Part shown: in pieces, positions 1 to 8,488 of the stretch | Position numbering within the stretch: position 1 is the first letter of the stretch | Layout of the letters: each line of letters starts with the position of its first letter | Virus record (IMG/VR): IMGVR_UViG_3300033487_000021 | Location: 1 to 38,830 of that record | DNA: 38,830 nucleotides | Reading direction: 5' to 3' (one strand) | Source of the DNA: a virus | Lineage: Duplodnaviria; Caudoviricetes | The notes under the pieces: generated by a model | Databases searched by the model: none | The model's input: only the letters and a program-made list of their open reading frames with translations | What the model was told of the DNA's origin: nothing | Position numbers and translations under genes: made by a program

Positions 1-26
1 TACAACGCCAGCGGGAAGAGGAAGTG

Positions 27-596
27 ATGCAGCCATACATCGTCATCTCCTACCACACCCCGGACGAACTCTACACGGCTCACGCCCGCGCCTGCATCGA
101 GTTGCTGGACATCTTCCACATCCCCAGGCACATCGAGACCCTGCCACCGGTCGGGTCGTGGGTGCAGAACTGCGCGGCGAAACCACGCTTTATACAGAAG
201 AAGCTCGCCGAGTTTACCGACCGGCCTGTGGTCTGGTTGGATGTGGATGCCAGGGTCATGAAACAGCCGGTGCTCTTCGACACCATCAAGGCCGATTTCG
301 CCGTCCACTACCGGGCCGGGGTCGAACTGCTCAGCAACACCATGTTCTTCAACGTCGGCCCCAAGTCCCGTCAACTGGTGGACTTGTGGGTGACCGAGCA
401 GGCCAAGAACACGAAGGAGTGGGACCAGAAGGTGCTCCAGCGGGTTATAGACCGCGATGCCACCAAGTTGGGTATCGAGGTCCAGCGTCTGCCGGCCGAG
501 TACGCGGCCATCGACTTCATGCGGGTGCGAGACCCGGTCATCGTCCAGACCCAGGCGTCCCGCACGGTCCGCAAGCGACTTCGGGAGAGAAGGTGA
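27..596 (+). CDS. GT-A fold glycosyltransferase (nucleotide-diphospho-sugar transferase-like)
   Basis: DxD motif in VVWLDVDA after ..AKPRFI.., later NTMFF and WDQKVLQ segments typical of small GT-A enzymes; purine-rich RBS before GTG24/ATG27. Confidence 0.75.
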   Translation: MQPYIVISYHTPDELYTAHARACIELLDIFHIPRHIETLPPVGSWVQNCAAKPRFIQKKLAEFTDRPVVWLDVDARVMKQPVLFDTIKADFAVHYRAGVELLSNTMFFNVGPKSRQLVDLWVTEQAKNTKEWDQKVLQRVIDRDATKLGIEVQRLPAEYAAIDFMRVRDPVIVQTQASRTVRKRLRERR

Positions 597-1717
597 CAAG
601 ACACATGGTCAGACCGCTCTCGGTCAAACAGCGCATCGCCTACAACCTGCGCGAGTCGCAGTTCGCGACTGCCATGCCTCCGTTGGCCAAGTGCCTCGGC
701 GAGCATGCCAGACCCGGGAGCCTGTTGCACCACGTTCTCGATGGCAAGCCCATGATCGTCGTCGGGAACTCGTCCAGTCTCAACCGGATCAACATGGGTA
801 TGGTCCGGGAGTTCCCAACGCTGGGTTGCAACCGCATCCTCCAGATGTACGAACCGGAGTTCTACACGGTGGTTGACCGCCAACCGTACATCCAGGAGAT
901 CGAGCGGATCAAGCAGTACCGGGGCACCCGCGTCCTCTCGGAGACGTTGTTCGACCCGATGGTGAGTTGTCGCAGGCAGCCCGTACAACCGCCGCCGACG
1001 TTCCCCTGGTATCGCTACCGGGCCGTCGCCAGCAGCAACCCCTTCCCTCCGAGCAATCCCCAGCGCGTCTACACCCACTACACCAACGACCGGCGCGTTC
1101 ACTGTGGCATGATGCCTTCGGTGCGGACCAACCTGGACGAGTGGATTCCGGGCGGGGCCAACATCGCCGTGTGCATGCTCCAGATTGCCATGGCCATGGG
1201 CGCGAATCCCATCGGCGTGGCCGGCGTTGACATGTCCTGGAAATCGCCCCAGGACAGCCACTTCTTCGGGGCCGGATCGAGCGTGGGCGCGTTCCGGTTC
1301 AACACCCGGAGGGTGATGCTGTTCTTCGCGGCCATAGCCCGATGGGCGAAGGAGCACCACATTGAGATACTCAATCTTTCGCCGGAAGGGGTTCTCAGCC
1401 CAACCTTTCCGCGAATGTCCGTCGAGGTCTTCCATTCTCGATTTATCGGACAGGTACAGTGGAAGGGTGTACGTCCTTGGGAACTCAGCGAGTTTGCTAC
1501 AGATCGACACGGACCGGCTCTCCCAGTCGGAACCGCTCTTGGGTGTGAACCGAATCTTGCGCCTGTGTCCTACCAGATGGGTGCTAATCAGCGACTTCAC
1601 CGTCCTCCACCAAGAAACCTCACGGCTGAACTCGTCGGGCGCTCAGCCGCTGCTCTGGAGCGGGCTCGCCGCCTTCGCATCCAGGGTGCTCGTGCCCGCA
1701 AAGGCAAGAGAGGCTAG
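593..1717 (+). CDS. DUF115/MptE/Maf-like (sialyltransferase-like) glycosyltransferase, copy 1
   Basis: Motifs IVVGNSSSL, TLGCNRI, YTVVD, GANIAVCMLQIAMAMGANPIGVAGVDM, SHFFG, ILNLSPEG; start inferred at GTG593 overlapping the upstream stop (GTGA) or ATG605, not at 158. Confidence 0.7.
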   Translation: MTRHMVRPLSVKQRIAYNLRESQFATAMPPLAKCLGEHARPGSLLHHVLDGKPMIVVGNSSSLNRINMGMVREFPTLGCNRILQMYEPEFYTVVDRQPYIQEIERIKQYRGTRVLSETLFDPMVSCRRQPVQPPPTFPWYRYRAVASSNPFPPSNPQRVYTHYTNDRRVHCGMMPSVRTNLDEWIPGGANIAVCMLQIAMAMGANPIGVAGVDMSWKSPQDSHFFGAGSSVGAFRFNTRRVMLFFAAIARWAKEHHIEILNLSPEGVLSPTFPRMSVEVFHSRFIGQVQWKGVRPWELSEFATDRHGPALPVGTALGCEPNLAPVSYQMGANQRLHRPPPRNLTAELVGRSAAALERARRLRIQGARARKGKRG

Positions 1718-2144
1718 GTACTGGACATGTCATGCGGCTTCGGACATGAGATTGCCCCCGACGACCTTTCGGTTCTCTGCCAACTCAGGGACCTATGCCA
1801 TCGAGGCTGCACTGCTCATGGGGTTCCGGGACATCCGCATGTTGGGGATAGACCTCCGGTACGACCTCAAGCAGAGTCACTTCTTCGGGGATGGTCGAAA
1901 GTGGGGTTGCGCCCTTTTCCCTATAGACAAAGTGCTGGAAGCCTATACATATGTCCGGGAACTCGTTCGCAAGAGAGGGGGTACGCTCACAAATGAGTCG
2001 CCCCTGGAGGGTCCGCTGGACACCATCATCGACAGGAGGCCGTCGCCATGGCTGATACAAAGGACACCAGAGAGCAGAAGAATTACGGAGAGAATCTCGT
2101 CACCAACGAGGCCATCCGTAACCGGGTCAGCGCCTACGTCCTAG
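1362..2144 (+). CDS. DUF115/MptE/Maf-like glycosyltransferase, copy 2 (start uncertain)
   Basis: Motifs VYVLGNSASL, LLGVNRI, NSGTYAIEAALLMGFRDIRMLGIDL, SHFFG parallel those of copy 1; no ATG before the domain (candidates TTG1362, ATT1434, GTG1467). Confidence 0.7.
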   Translation: MRYSIFRRKGFSAQPFRECPSRSSILDLSDRYSGRVYVLGNSASLLQIDTDRLSQSEPLLGVNRILRLCPTRWVLISDFTVLHQETSRLNSSGAQPLLWSGLAAFASRVLVPAKAREARYWTCHAASDMRLPPTTFRFSANSGTYAIEAALLMGFRDIRMLGIDLRYDLKQSHFFGDGRKWGCALFPIDKVLEAYTYVRELVRKRGGTLTNESPLEGPLDTIIDRRPSPWLIQRTPESRRITERISSPTRPSVTGSAPTS

Positions 2145-4147
2145 AGCAGATCAAGACCATCGTCAACGGCCGGAGTTACCTGGACTCCAAGGCCATCATG
2201 CTGGAACGGTTGTGGCGTGGAGACCCGGTGAGCCGGTTCTACCCGGGGACCAGCACCACGCACGTTCCGGAGCCGTTCAAGGCGGTGGAGAGTCTGGTGC
2301 CCAGGATCATCGAGGGAGTGATGCCCGGCCCAGAATGGTTCCGGGTGACCCCGGTGGAACCCGGCCAGGGTGACCCGCGATCCATCGGCCTCCTGCTGAA
2401 ACAGCAACTCGACGACGGGGACTTCGACGAGCGCCTGGACATGTTCGTGCGCATCTGCCTGATCCAGGGCACCGCCTTCGCCAAGTTGCCGTACATCTGG
2501 GACACCCGCAAGTACTTCTTCCGGGAGAAGCAGGAGAAACCGGTCTACAAGAACGGCATCCAGATCGATACCAAGCGCACCGGCTGGAAGAAGGAAGAGT
2601 ACGAGTACAACCGGGACCGCACCGAGTTGCTGCCAATCGAGTGGTTCGACTTCATCGCCGACCCGCGCTGCCAGGACCCCGTCAACGCCGGGACCGGGTG
2701 TGGCGACCGCTCGCGCCAGACCAAAGAGTACATCTTCGAGATGATCGACAAGGGCGTGTACGCCAACATCACCAAGGAACAGGTCTCGCGCATGTCCAAG
2801 ATGGACAAGACCGTTCCGATGGGTCTGGGCGAGACGCTCAAGTACACATCGGTTGACACCGCGAGCATCGCCCGACGGCCCGAGGACGATTTCATCGTCA
2901 CCGAGTGGTGGGGCATGGTGCCCATCGACTCCAAGGGTGGGCGTACCGAGGCGGTGGTGACCTTCATCAACGAACAGGTCTGTGTCCGCATCCAGGCGAA
3001 CAAACTCTGGCACCACAGCCGACCGTACTTGGTCAGCCAGTACATCCCCATCAAGAGCGAGTTGTACGGCATGGGGGTGATCGAGCCAATCGTGCGTCTG
3101 TGCCTGGACGTCAACGACATGCGCAACACCTTGAACCACGGAGCAGCCATCGCTGCCAACCCGATGCTCAAGGTCGAAGACTCCGCCGACGTCGAGGACG
3201 AGGTCATCATCCCGGTCCCTGGCCGGATCATCCGCTGCGCCCGCCAGGAGGGCATCCAGCCACTCTACATCCCGAACATGAGCCAGATCGCCCAACTCTC
3301 GGAGAACATGTCCAAGCAGGACATCGTGGAGACCGCGGGGACCACGCGGTTGTACTACGGGGCCGAGCAGGCCGGGGGCACGACTGCCACAGAGACGTAC
3401 ACGCGCACCCGCGAGGCCAACGTCCGGGTCAAGAGGTACATCAAGGCTCTGGGCAAGAAGATGGAACGCATCCTCCAGGTCTGTCACCTGAACAACCATC
3501 AGTTCCTGGACGAAGAGCGGATCGTCGTACTGACCGGTGACGTCAAGGGCTACCAGCATCTCAAGGTCACCCCGGACAAACTGGAGGGTCCCGCCAAGTT
3601 CGACGTCATCCTGGCCCCACAGATCGAACTGTTGGGCGTCCGCGGTCAGCAGATGATGATGTACATGGAGCGGACCATGGCCAACCCGATGCTGGCGGGC
3701 CAGATAGACGCCCGGCAACTGGCCCGGATCATCTGGGAGGACCTCTTCGGCACCCGCGAGGTCAACTACATCTTCCCGGAAGCCGACCAGCGGCTACTCT
3801 CCCAGGACGACGAGAACCTGCTGCTGATCAAGGGCCTGGAAATCCCGGTGCGGATGTACCACAACCACGAAGAGCACCGCAGGGTACTGATGCTGGTCAT
3901 GACCATGCCGGAGTTCGAGGACTTCTCGCCGGAGGCCCAGGCCGCGTTCATGGCTCACTTCCAGAACCACGAACTCTGGGCCAAGCGGCTTAACGAGCAG
4001 GCCACGAACCCCATGAATCAGATGATGGCTGGCCCGGGTGGCGAAGCGTCTGGCGCTCCCGGGACCCAGGCACCGGGAGAGCAGGGGGCAAGAGCCTTCG
4101 CCCGGCAGTTGAGCGAGCAGGCCAGACAGGGAGTCCAGGGGAGGTAA
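2048..4147 (+). CDS. Portal protein (podovirus P22/SU10-like)
   Basis: 699 aa, GGAGG RBS; portal-like segments LIQGTAFAK, FDFIADP, ELYGMGVIEP, GGTTATE; Q/G-rich tail; position upstream of scaffold and capsid. Confidence 0.88.
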   Translation: MADTKDTREQKNYGENLVTNEAIRNRVSAYVLEQIKTIVNGRSYLDSKAIMLERLWRGDPVSRFYPGTSTTHVPEPFKAVESLVPRIIEGVMPGPEWFRVTPVEPGQGDPRSIGLLLKQQLDDGDFDERLDMFVRICLIQGTAFAKLPYIWDTRKYFFREKQEKPVYKNGIQIDTKRTGWKKEEYEYNRDRTELLPIEWFDFIADPRCQDPVNAGTGCGDRSRQTKEYIFEMIDKGVYANITKEQVSRMSKMDKTVPMGLGETLKYTSVDTASIARRPEDDFIVTEWWGMVPIDSKGGRTEAVVTFINEQVCVRIQANKLWHHSRPYLVSQYIPIKSELYGMGVIEPIVRLCLDVNDMRNTLNHGAAIAANPMLKVEDSADVEDEVIIPVPGRIIRCARQEGIQPLYIPNMSQIAQLSENMSKQDIVETAGTTRLYYGAEQAGGTTATETYTRTREANVRVKRYIKALGKKMERILQVCHLNNHQFLDEERIVVLTGDVKGYQHLKVTPDKLEGPAKFDVILAPQIELLGVRGQQMMMYMERTMANPMLAGQIDARQLARIIWEDLFGTREVNYIFPEADQRLLSQDDENLLLIKGLEIPVRMYHNHEEHRRVLMLVMTMPEFEDFSPEAQAAFMAHFQNHELWAKRLNEQATNPMNQMMAGPGGEASGAPGTQAPGEQGARAFARQLSEQARQGVQGR

Positions 4148-4148
4148 C

Positions 4149-4511
4149 ATGCCGGAAGCACATTCCTCCATCCCAGAGAGACTTACGAAGCCCATCCCAC
4201 TGCCGATGAGCGTGGCAGACGACCGGGAGCGAAACTTGGCCGCTCTGGCCATCAAGGAGCGCAAGATACTCGCTTTCCGCGACTTGGCGTCACTGGCGTC
4301 GATACCCCAGTGGCGCACGGCCAAGGACCGGTGCGATGCCGTGATCGAGAAGATTCTGGACACTCTACCAGAGGTCTTCGGGCCGCAGAGAGACCAACTC
4401 ATCGGCGAACTGAAGGCGTGGCGCAGCTTCTCGGCGTCACCGGAGGCCGCTGCCGAGATGTTACACAAACTCAACATCGAGGTAGACAGACTCCGGGCTG
4501 CTACGAAATAG
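4149..4511 (+). CDS. Small helical protein between portal and scaffold
   Basis: 120 aa, GGAGG RBS in the portal 3' end, conserved position in podovirus head modules. Confidence 0.7.
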   Translation: MPEAHSSIPERLTKPIPLPMSVADDRERNLAALAIKERKILAFRDLASLASIPQWRTAKDRCDAVIEKILDTLPEVFGPQRDQLIGELKAWRSFSASPEAAAEMLHKLNIEVDRLRAATK

Positions 4512-4523
4512 GAACGAAAGTTC

Positions 4524-4553
4524 TTGACAGGAGGCGGTCACTTCAGCTAGGAT
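4524..4553 (+). promoter_or_regulatory. Sigma70-like promoter for scaffold/capsid genes
   Basis: TTGACA (4524-4529), 18-nt spacer, TAGGAT (4548-4553), then AAGGAG RBS and ATG4570. Confidence 0.65.
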
Positions 4554-4569
4554 GGATAAGGAGACAGAG

Positions 4570-5385
4570 ATGGACAAAGCCATAGAGGCTCAGGCTGACG
4601 CGAGGATCAGGCAGCAGGTTGGGGTGCCGAGCGGTTCTCTTGGTCGCCCGGCCCCGTCAGGACCGGCGTCCACCCCCCAGCCGCCGGCACCCCAGCCGGC
4701 CGCAGACCCCAGGGTAGACACACTCATGGGGGAACTGCGAACTCTGCAAACACAACTCGGACAGCGGGATCAGATGCTCCAGGCCCTCCAGGGGGAGGTC
4801 GTGGAGCTTCGGAGGCAGAAGGAAGAGCCTACTCCAGAGTTGCCCAGCGACGAGACGCTGGACGAACTGCCGAGGGGCGAGGCGATTCGGAGGGTAGCAG
4901 GGGCACTCACGGCGAAGGCGGTCAAGGACCTCAAGGGCGAGTTGGTGGGAGCGATGGGCAGAATGGCGGTCGATGTCATCCAAGCGCGCAACACCTTGGA
5001 AGAGCAGGAGTTGGCCCGGAAGTTCCCGGGCCTGGACATCGAGAAGTACCGCCCGGCCATCGACAGGAAACGGGCTGAGCTGCCCGGGGCCACCCTCAAC
5101 GAGCTGGTCAGGCTGATCGCCGATCCGCGAGACCTCATTGCCGAACCTCCGGACAGGACCCGAGCCACCCAGGAAGCGGTCCACATGGAGACGGGCGGGG
5201 CATCGAGGGCAGGGGTGAGACGTACCCAGGAGCAGCCCCAGATCACGGAGCAGCAGCTCCGGCAGGGCTTCTTGGATGCCAGAACGGCTGGCAACAAGCT
5301 CCAGGCGGACGCCTACCTCATGGAGATCATCAAGCGTCGGCCCGACGTTCCTGCTCAGCATGGAGGTCGCCCGACGGGAGGTTGA
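4570..5385 (+). CDS. Capsid scaffolding protein
   Basis: Pro-rich N-terminus, coiled-coil core, directly upstream of the capsid gene; AAGGAG RBS favours ATG4570 over ATG4552. Confidence 0.75.
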   Translation: MDKAIEAQADARIRQQVGVPSGSLGRPAPSGPASTPQPPAPQPAADPRVDTLMGELRTLQTQLGQRDQMLQALQGEVVELRRQKEEPTPELPSDETLDELPRGEAIRRVAGALTAKAVKDLKGELVGAMGRMAVDVIQARNTLEEQELARKFPGLDIEKYRPAIDRKRAELPGATLNELVRLIADPRDLIAEPPDRTRATQEAVHMETGGASRAGVRRTQEQPQITEQQLRQGFLDARTAGNKLQADAYLMEIIKRRPDVPAQHGGRPTGG

Positions 5386-5391
5386 GGGTCC

Positions 5392-6480
5392 ATGGCAAAC
5401 GGCGATTTCATTCAGGACTGTCACATCCTCTCCACATGGGACGTCGGCGCGGCCGGCGGCACCAGGGAGGACTTGCTCGACGTCATCGTGAACATGAGCC
5501 CGGAGGAAACCCGGTTCCTCTCGGGCTGGCCGAAGGTTCCGGCCAGGAACATCACCCACGAGTGGCTCCTGGACAGCCTGGAGGCACCGGGTGACCCGGA
5601 CAATGGAGACGCGGACGTACACTGCACCGGCGAGTCCAGCGATGCGGTGTTCCCGGTTCTGCACCCCCGCTGCCGGGTGAACAACCTCACTCACATCTTC
5701 CGGGCGACCTACGATGTGAGCGAGACCCAGAGGGCGGTGGACAACGCTGGCATGGCGGACGAGTACGCCTACCAGAAGATGAAGGCTCTGCGCGAGTTGT
5801 CCATGAAGATCGAGTTCGCGCTGATCCACTCGATCCGCGCCCTCCAGTTCGTCCCCCAGGCCGAGTACCCGGGGGTCTGCGGTTCGCCGACCGGCTGCCG
5901 CAAGATGGACGGAATCTTCTCCGTCATCGACTGGACAACGGACTCGTTCGCCTGCCTGGACTCGGACAAGCAGGGAACCGTGCTGGACCCGTCGGGGAGT
6001 CCCTGCACGTACCTGAACCCGGACATCCTGGACGACCTCCACGAGCTGATGTGGGGGAAGGGCGCGAAGCCCAAGACCGTCTACGTGAACGCCTTCCAGA
6101 AGAGGCGGATCAGCAAGTTCTACCTCTCCGGACAGACCCGGAACTCGTCCGTGGAGGACAAGAAGCTGACCAACGTGGTCGATGTCTACGAGTCGGACTT
6201 CGGCCTCCGGAAAATCTACCTCCACAGGTACATGCCCACGCGGCGTGTCCTGGTGCTCGACGAGGACTACATCCGGATCGCCGTCCTGCGGCCGGTGAAG
6301 TCCTACGAGTTGGCCAAGGTCGGCAACTCGGACAAGGGCATGATCGAGGGCGAGATGACCCTGGAGTTCAGAGCGCCGGCTGCCGGCGGCTACATCGAGG
6401 GGCTGTGCAACGCCATCGGTGAGGCTGGCGGCGAAGGCTACTGCAACTTCGGGACGCTGAACGCCCCGAACTGCGAGTAG
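5392..6480 (+). CDS. Major capsid protein (DUF5309/SU10 MCP-like, HK97 fold)
   Basis: REDLLDVIVNMSPEETRF, THEWLLDSL, NNLTHIF..YDVSETQ, VDVYESDFG, ELAKVG.SDKGMIEGEMTLE match this capsid family; 362 aa. Confidence 0.92.
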   Translation: MANGDFIQDCHILSTWDVGAAGGTREDLLDVIVNMSPEETRFLSGWPKVPARNITHEWLLDSLEAPGDPDNGDADVHCTGESSDAVFPVLHPRCRVNNLTHIFRATYDVSETQRAVDNAGMADEYAYQKMKALRELSMKIEFALIHSIRALQFVPQAEYPGVCGSPTGCRKMDGIFSVIDWTTDSFACLDSDKQGTVLDPSGSPCTYLNPDILDDLHELMWGKGAKPKTVYVNAFQKRRISKFYLSGQTRNSSVEDKKLTNVVDVYESDFGLRKIYLHRYMPTRRVLVLDEDYIRIAVLRPVKSYELAKVGNSDKGMIEGEMTLEFRAPAAGGYIEGLCNAIGEAGGEGYCNFGTLNAPNCE

Positions 6481-6510
6481 ACCTAACCGGAAGCCCCAAG
6501 ATCGTCGGCA

Positions 6511-6544
6511 GGGGTGGCCATCCCTTCAACGGGGTGGCCACCCC
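6511..6544 (+). terminator. Strong hairpin after capsid gene (terminator/attenuator or mRNA stabiliser)
   Basis: GGGGTGGCCATCCC-TTCAAC-GGGGTGGCCACCCC, 14-bp stem with one G-U pair; no U-tract. Confidence 0.6.
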
Positions 6545-6565
6545 ATGCCACGGGAGGGACCGGCC

Positions 6566-6910
6566 ATGGCGTACACCGTCCGCCACCAGCGGAAAGATGG
6601 CTCAGTTACCATCGCCCGCCACGAACTGACACACCTGGAAGAGTGGCCCTGCAACCCCATGTCTGGGCGTACTGCCGCCGAGGCGCGAGAGAACATCGCC
6701 CTCACGCTCAAACACACCCGCAAGAACCTGCGCGACAAGAAGGGGTACGACCGCAAGCGTACCAGCCGTCTGGTTGCGCAGATTCCTGCCGAAATCGTGG
6801 CTCATGTCTTCCGACATGATGGCCCGGAGGCTGCCAGGGACGTCAAATACCTGTTGAGAGCCGGCGACCAGCTCGGCATCGACTGTCGGGTCAGCCGGGG
6901 GAGATTCTGA
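6566..6910 (+). CDS. Hypothetical protein following the capsid gene
   Basis: 114 aa from ATG6566 with GGAGG RBS; RLVAQIP motif; stop overlaps next start (TGATG). Confidence 0.7.
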   Translation: MAYTVRHQRKDGSVTIARHELTHLEEWPCNPMSGRTAAEARENIALTLKHTRKNLRDKKGYDRKRTSRLVAQIPAEIVAHVFRHDGPEAARDVKYLLRAGDQLGIDCRVSRGRF

Positions 6911-8253
6911 TGGCCACTTCCGTCACCGACCTGTTCCATCGTGACGACGCCCACGACCTCGGCGCAGACTGGACCATCGTCTACGGCTGGCCGGAGATAC
7001 AGGACCATGCCGTAGTTGTCAGTCTGGCCTCGCCGACTGCTCCGGAACTGATCGCGTTCCATGTCACCGAGTTGGACTCGGTCGAGCAGATGGTTCGCGC
7101 CCGCGTCAAGGTCACCGGGGGCCGCAACACCGACAACGTGCGGCTCTACTCTCACGGCGAGTCCGAGGATGTCGCCGGCACCCCATGGCTGCGCAAGTGC
7201 TACTACGCTCAGCTCACCGAGACCGAACTGACGCTGAACATGATCGTCGAATCGGAAGGCGCGGCGGTCGTACTGGCTACGGTCGCGGTCCAACTCGACA
7301 GTCACGACACCCACTCGTTCGCCCTGAAGGTCCGCGAGCACTTCCGGGGCACCCAACTGGATGTGTTCCTGGACAACGATGTCGTCCCGGTGCTGAGTTA
7401 CGTCTGCTACGCGGACAAACGCCCCGAGGGCAAGGAAGTCGGCTTCGGCATCGTTGACAACAGCGGCGTCCAGGCGCTGAGCGTCAGCGAGTTCTCGTCC
7501 TACATCCTCAAGTCGTCCGCGATCAAGCCCGTGCGCCCGCCCGTGCGCCTGCTGACCCTGCAAGACATCGTCTACCAGTGCCAGTACCGATTGGACCGCT
7601 CCGGCAACTCGCAGTTCTCCGAAGAGATCATGAACGACCTCGTGAACTTCGCCCAGGACGAGGTCTACAACGAACTGACCCCCTGGCGTTGGGCTTTCCG
7701 CGAGATGGTGGTCCCGGTCGTGGCCAACACCCGCTACCTGGAACTGCCGCCGCACGTTGCCATGCTCTACGACATCCGCGACCAGAGCATCGGTTACCAA
7801 CTCTCGGTGGTCTCCCAGCAGGACCTGAACCGGGTGGACCCACGCCGGGAACGTTCCGGGACCTCGTTCAGTGTCGTGGTGGTCGGGAACGGAGACTACG
7901 GTGGTCTGGTGGTGGAGTTGACCCCGGTGCCCTCCAGCGACACCGTGCTGGTCCTCCCCTACTACGCCAAACCGATACCGATGTCCGAGCCGACCGACAT
8001 CCCGTTGATCCCGTCGAACTTCAACGAGATTCTGGTCTACGGCGCTCTCAAACGCGGGAGCATGTCCGACACCGACACGGCGTTCATGCAGATGGTCCAT
8101 GCGAGTTGGGAACGCATGATGACCAAGATGAAGCGGCAGAACTACACGGACATGAAGAAAATCCCGCGCATGGTCACGGGCAACGAGTTGTTCAACAACA
8201 AGGCCAGCTCGGTGCTCGGGCCGGTGACAAGGGCGGAGCAACTTGGCCTTTAA
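6910..8253 (+). CDS. Head-tail adaptor protein with N-terminal beta-sandwich (ConA/LamG-like) extension
   Basis: C-terminal half TLQDIV..VNFAQDEVYN..PWRW..YLELP..DIPLIPSNFNEILVYGAL is adaptor-like; the first ~200 aa begin DLFHRDD..LGADW and are beta-rich. Confidence 0.72.
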   Translation: MATSVTDLFHRDDAHDLGADWTIVYGWPEIQDHAVVVSLASPTAPELIAFHVTELDSVEQMVRARVKVTGGRNTDNVRLYSHGESEDVAGTPWLRKCYYAQLTETELTLNMIVESEGAAVVLATVAVQLDSHDTHSFALKVREHFRGTQLDVFLDNDVVPVLSYVCYADKRPEGKEVGFGIVDNSGVQALSVSEFSSYILKSSAIKPVRPPVRLLTLQDIVYQCQYRLDRSGNSQFSEEIMNDLVNFAQDEVYNELTPWRWAFREMVVPVVANTRYLELPPHVAMLYDIRDQSIGYQLSVVSQQDLNRVDPRRERSGTSFSVVVVGNGDYGGLVVELTPVPSSDTVLVLPYYAKPIPMSEPTDIPLIPSNFNEILVYGALKRGSMSDTDTAFMQMVHASWERMMTKMKRQNYTDMKKIPRMVTGNELFNNKASSVLGPVTRAEQLGL

Positions 8254-8488
8254 GGAAGACCTCGGCCGTCTGGACGGTGCTGGCCTGCAACTGAGTGCCA
8301 GCCCGACCAAGATCGGTCGCGAGGCAGCGGTCGTGGCCCAGAACACCGAGTTCTGGCCGCACCGCACCATCTCCAAGCGCCAGGGGTACGCTCGCTGGCG
8401 AGACCTTCGCGAGAACTTCCCGATCACCGCCCTGGTCAGCATGGACGGGCGATTCCTGATCATGGCAGGGGAACTCGATGAGCTTTGA
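8243..8488 (+). CDS. 81-aa protein resembling the N-terminus of a tail nozzle/stabilisation protein
   Basis: GLQLSASPTKI..AQN..ISKRQGY pattern; TTG start with GGAG RBS; overlaps both neighbours. Confidence 0.55.
   Translation: MAFKEDLGRLDGAGLQLSASPTKIGREAAVVAQNTEFWPHRTISKRQGYARWRDLRENFPITALVSMDGRFLIMAGELDEL

Noticed and set aside
158-592. N-terminal 145 aa of the 519-aa ORF
   Set aside because: Alternate-frame read of the glycosyltransferase gene; the real start is most likely 593 or 605
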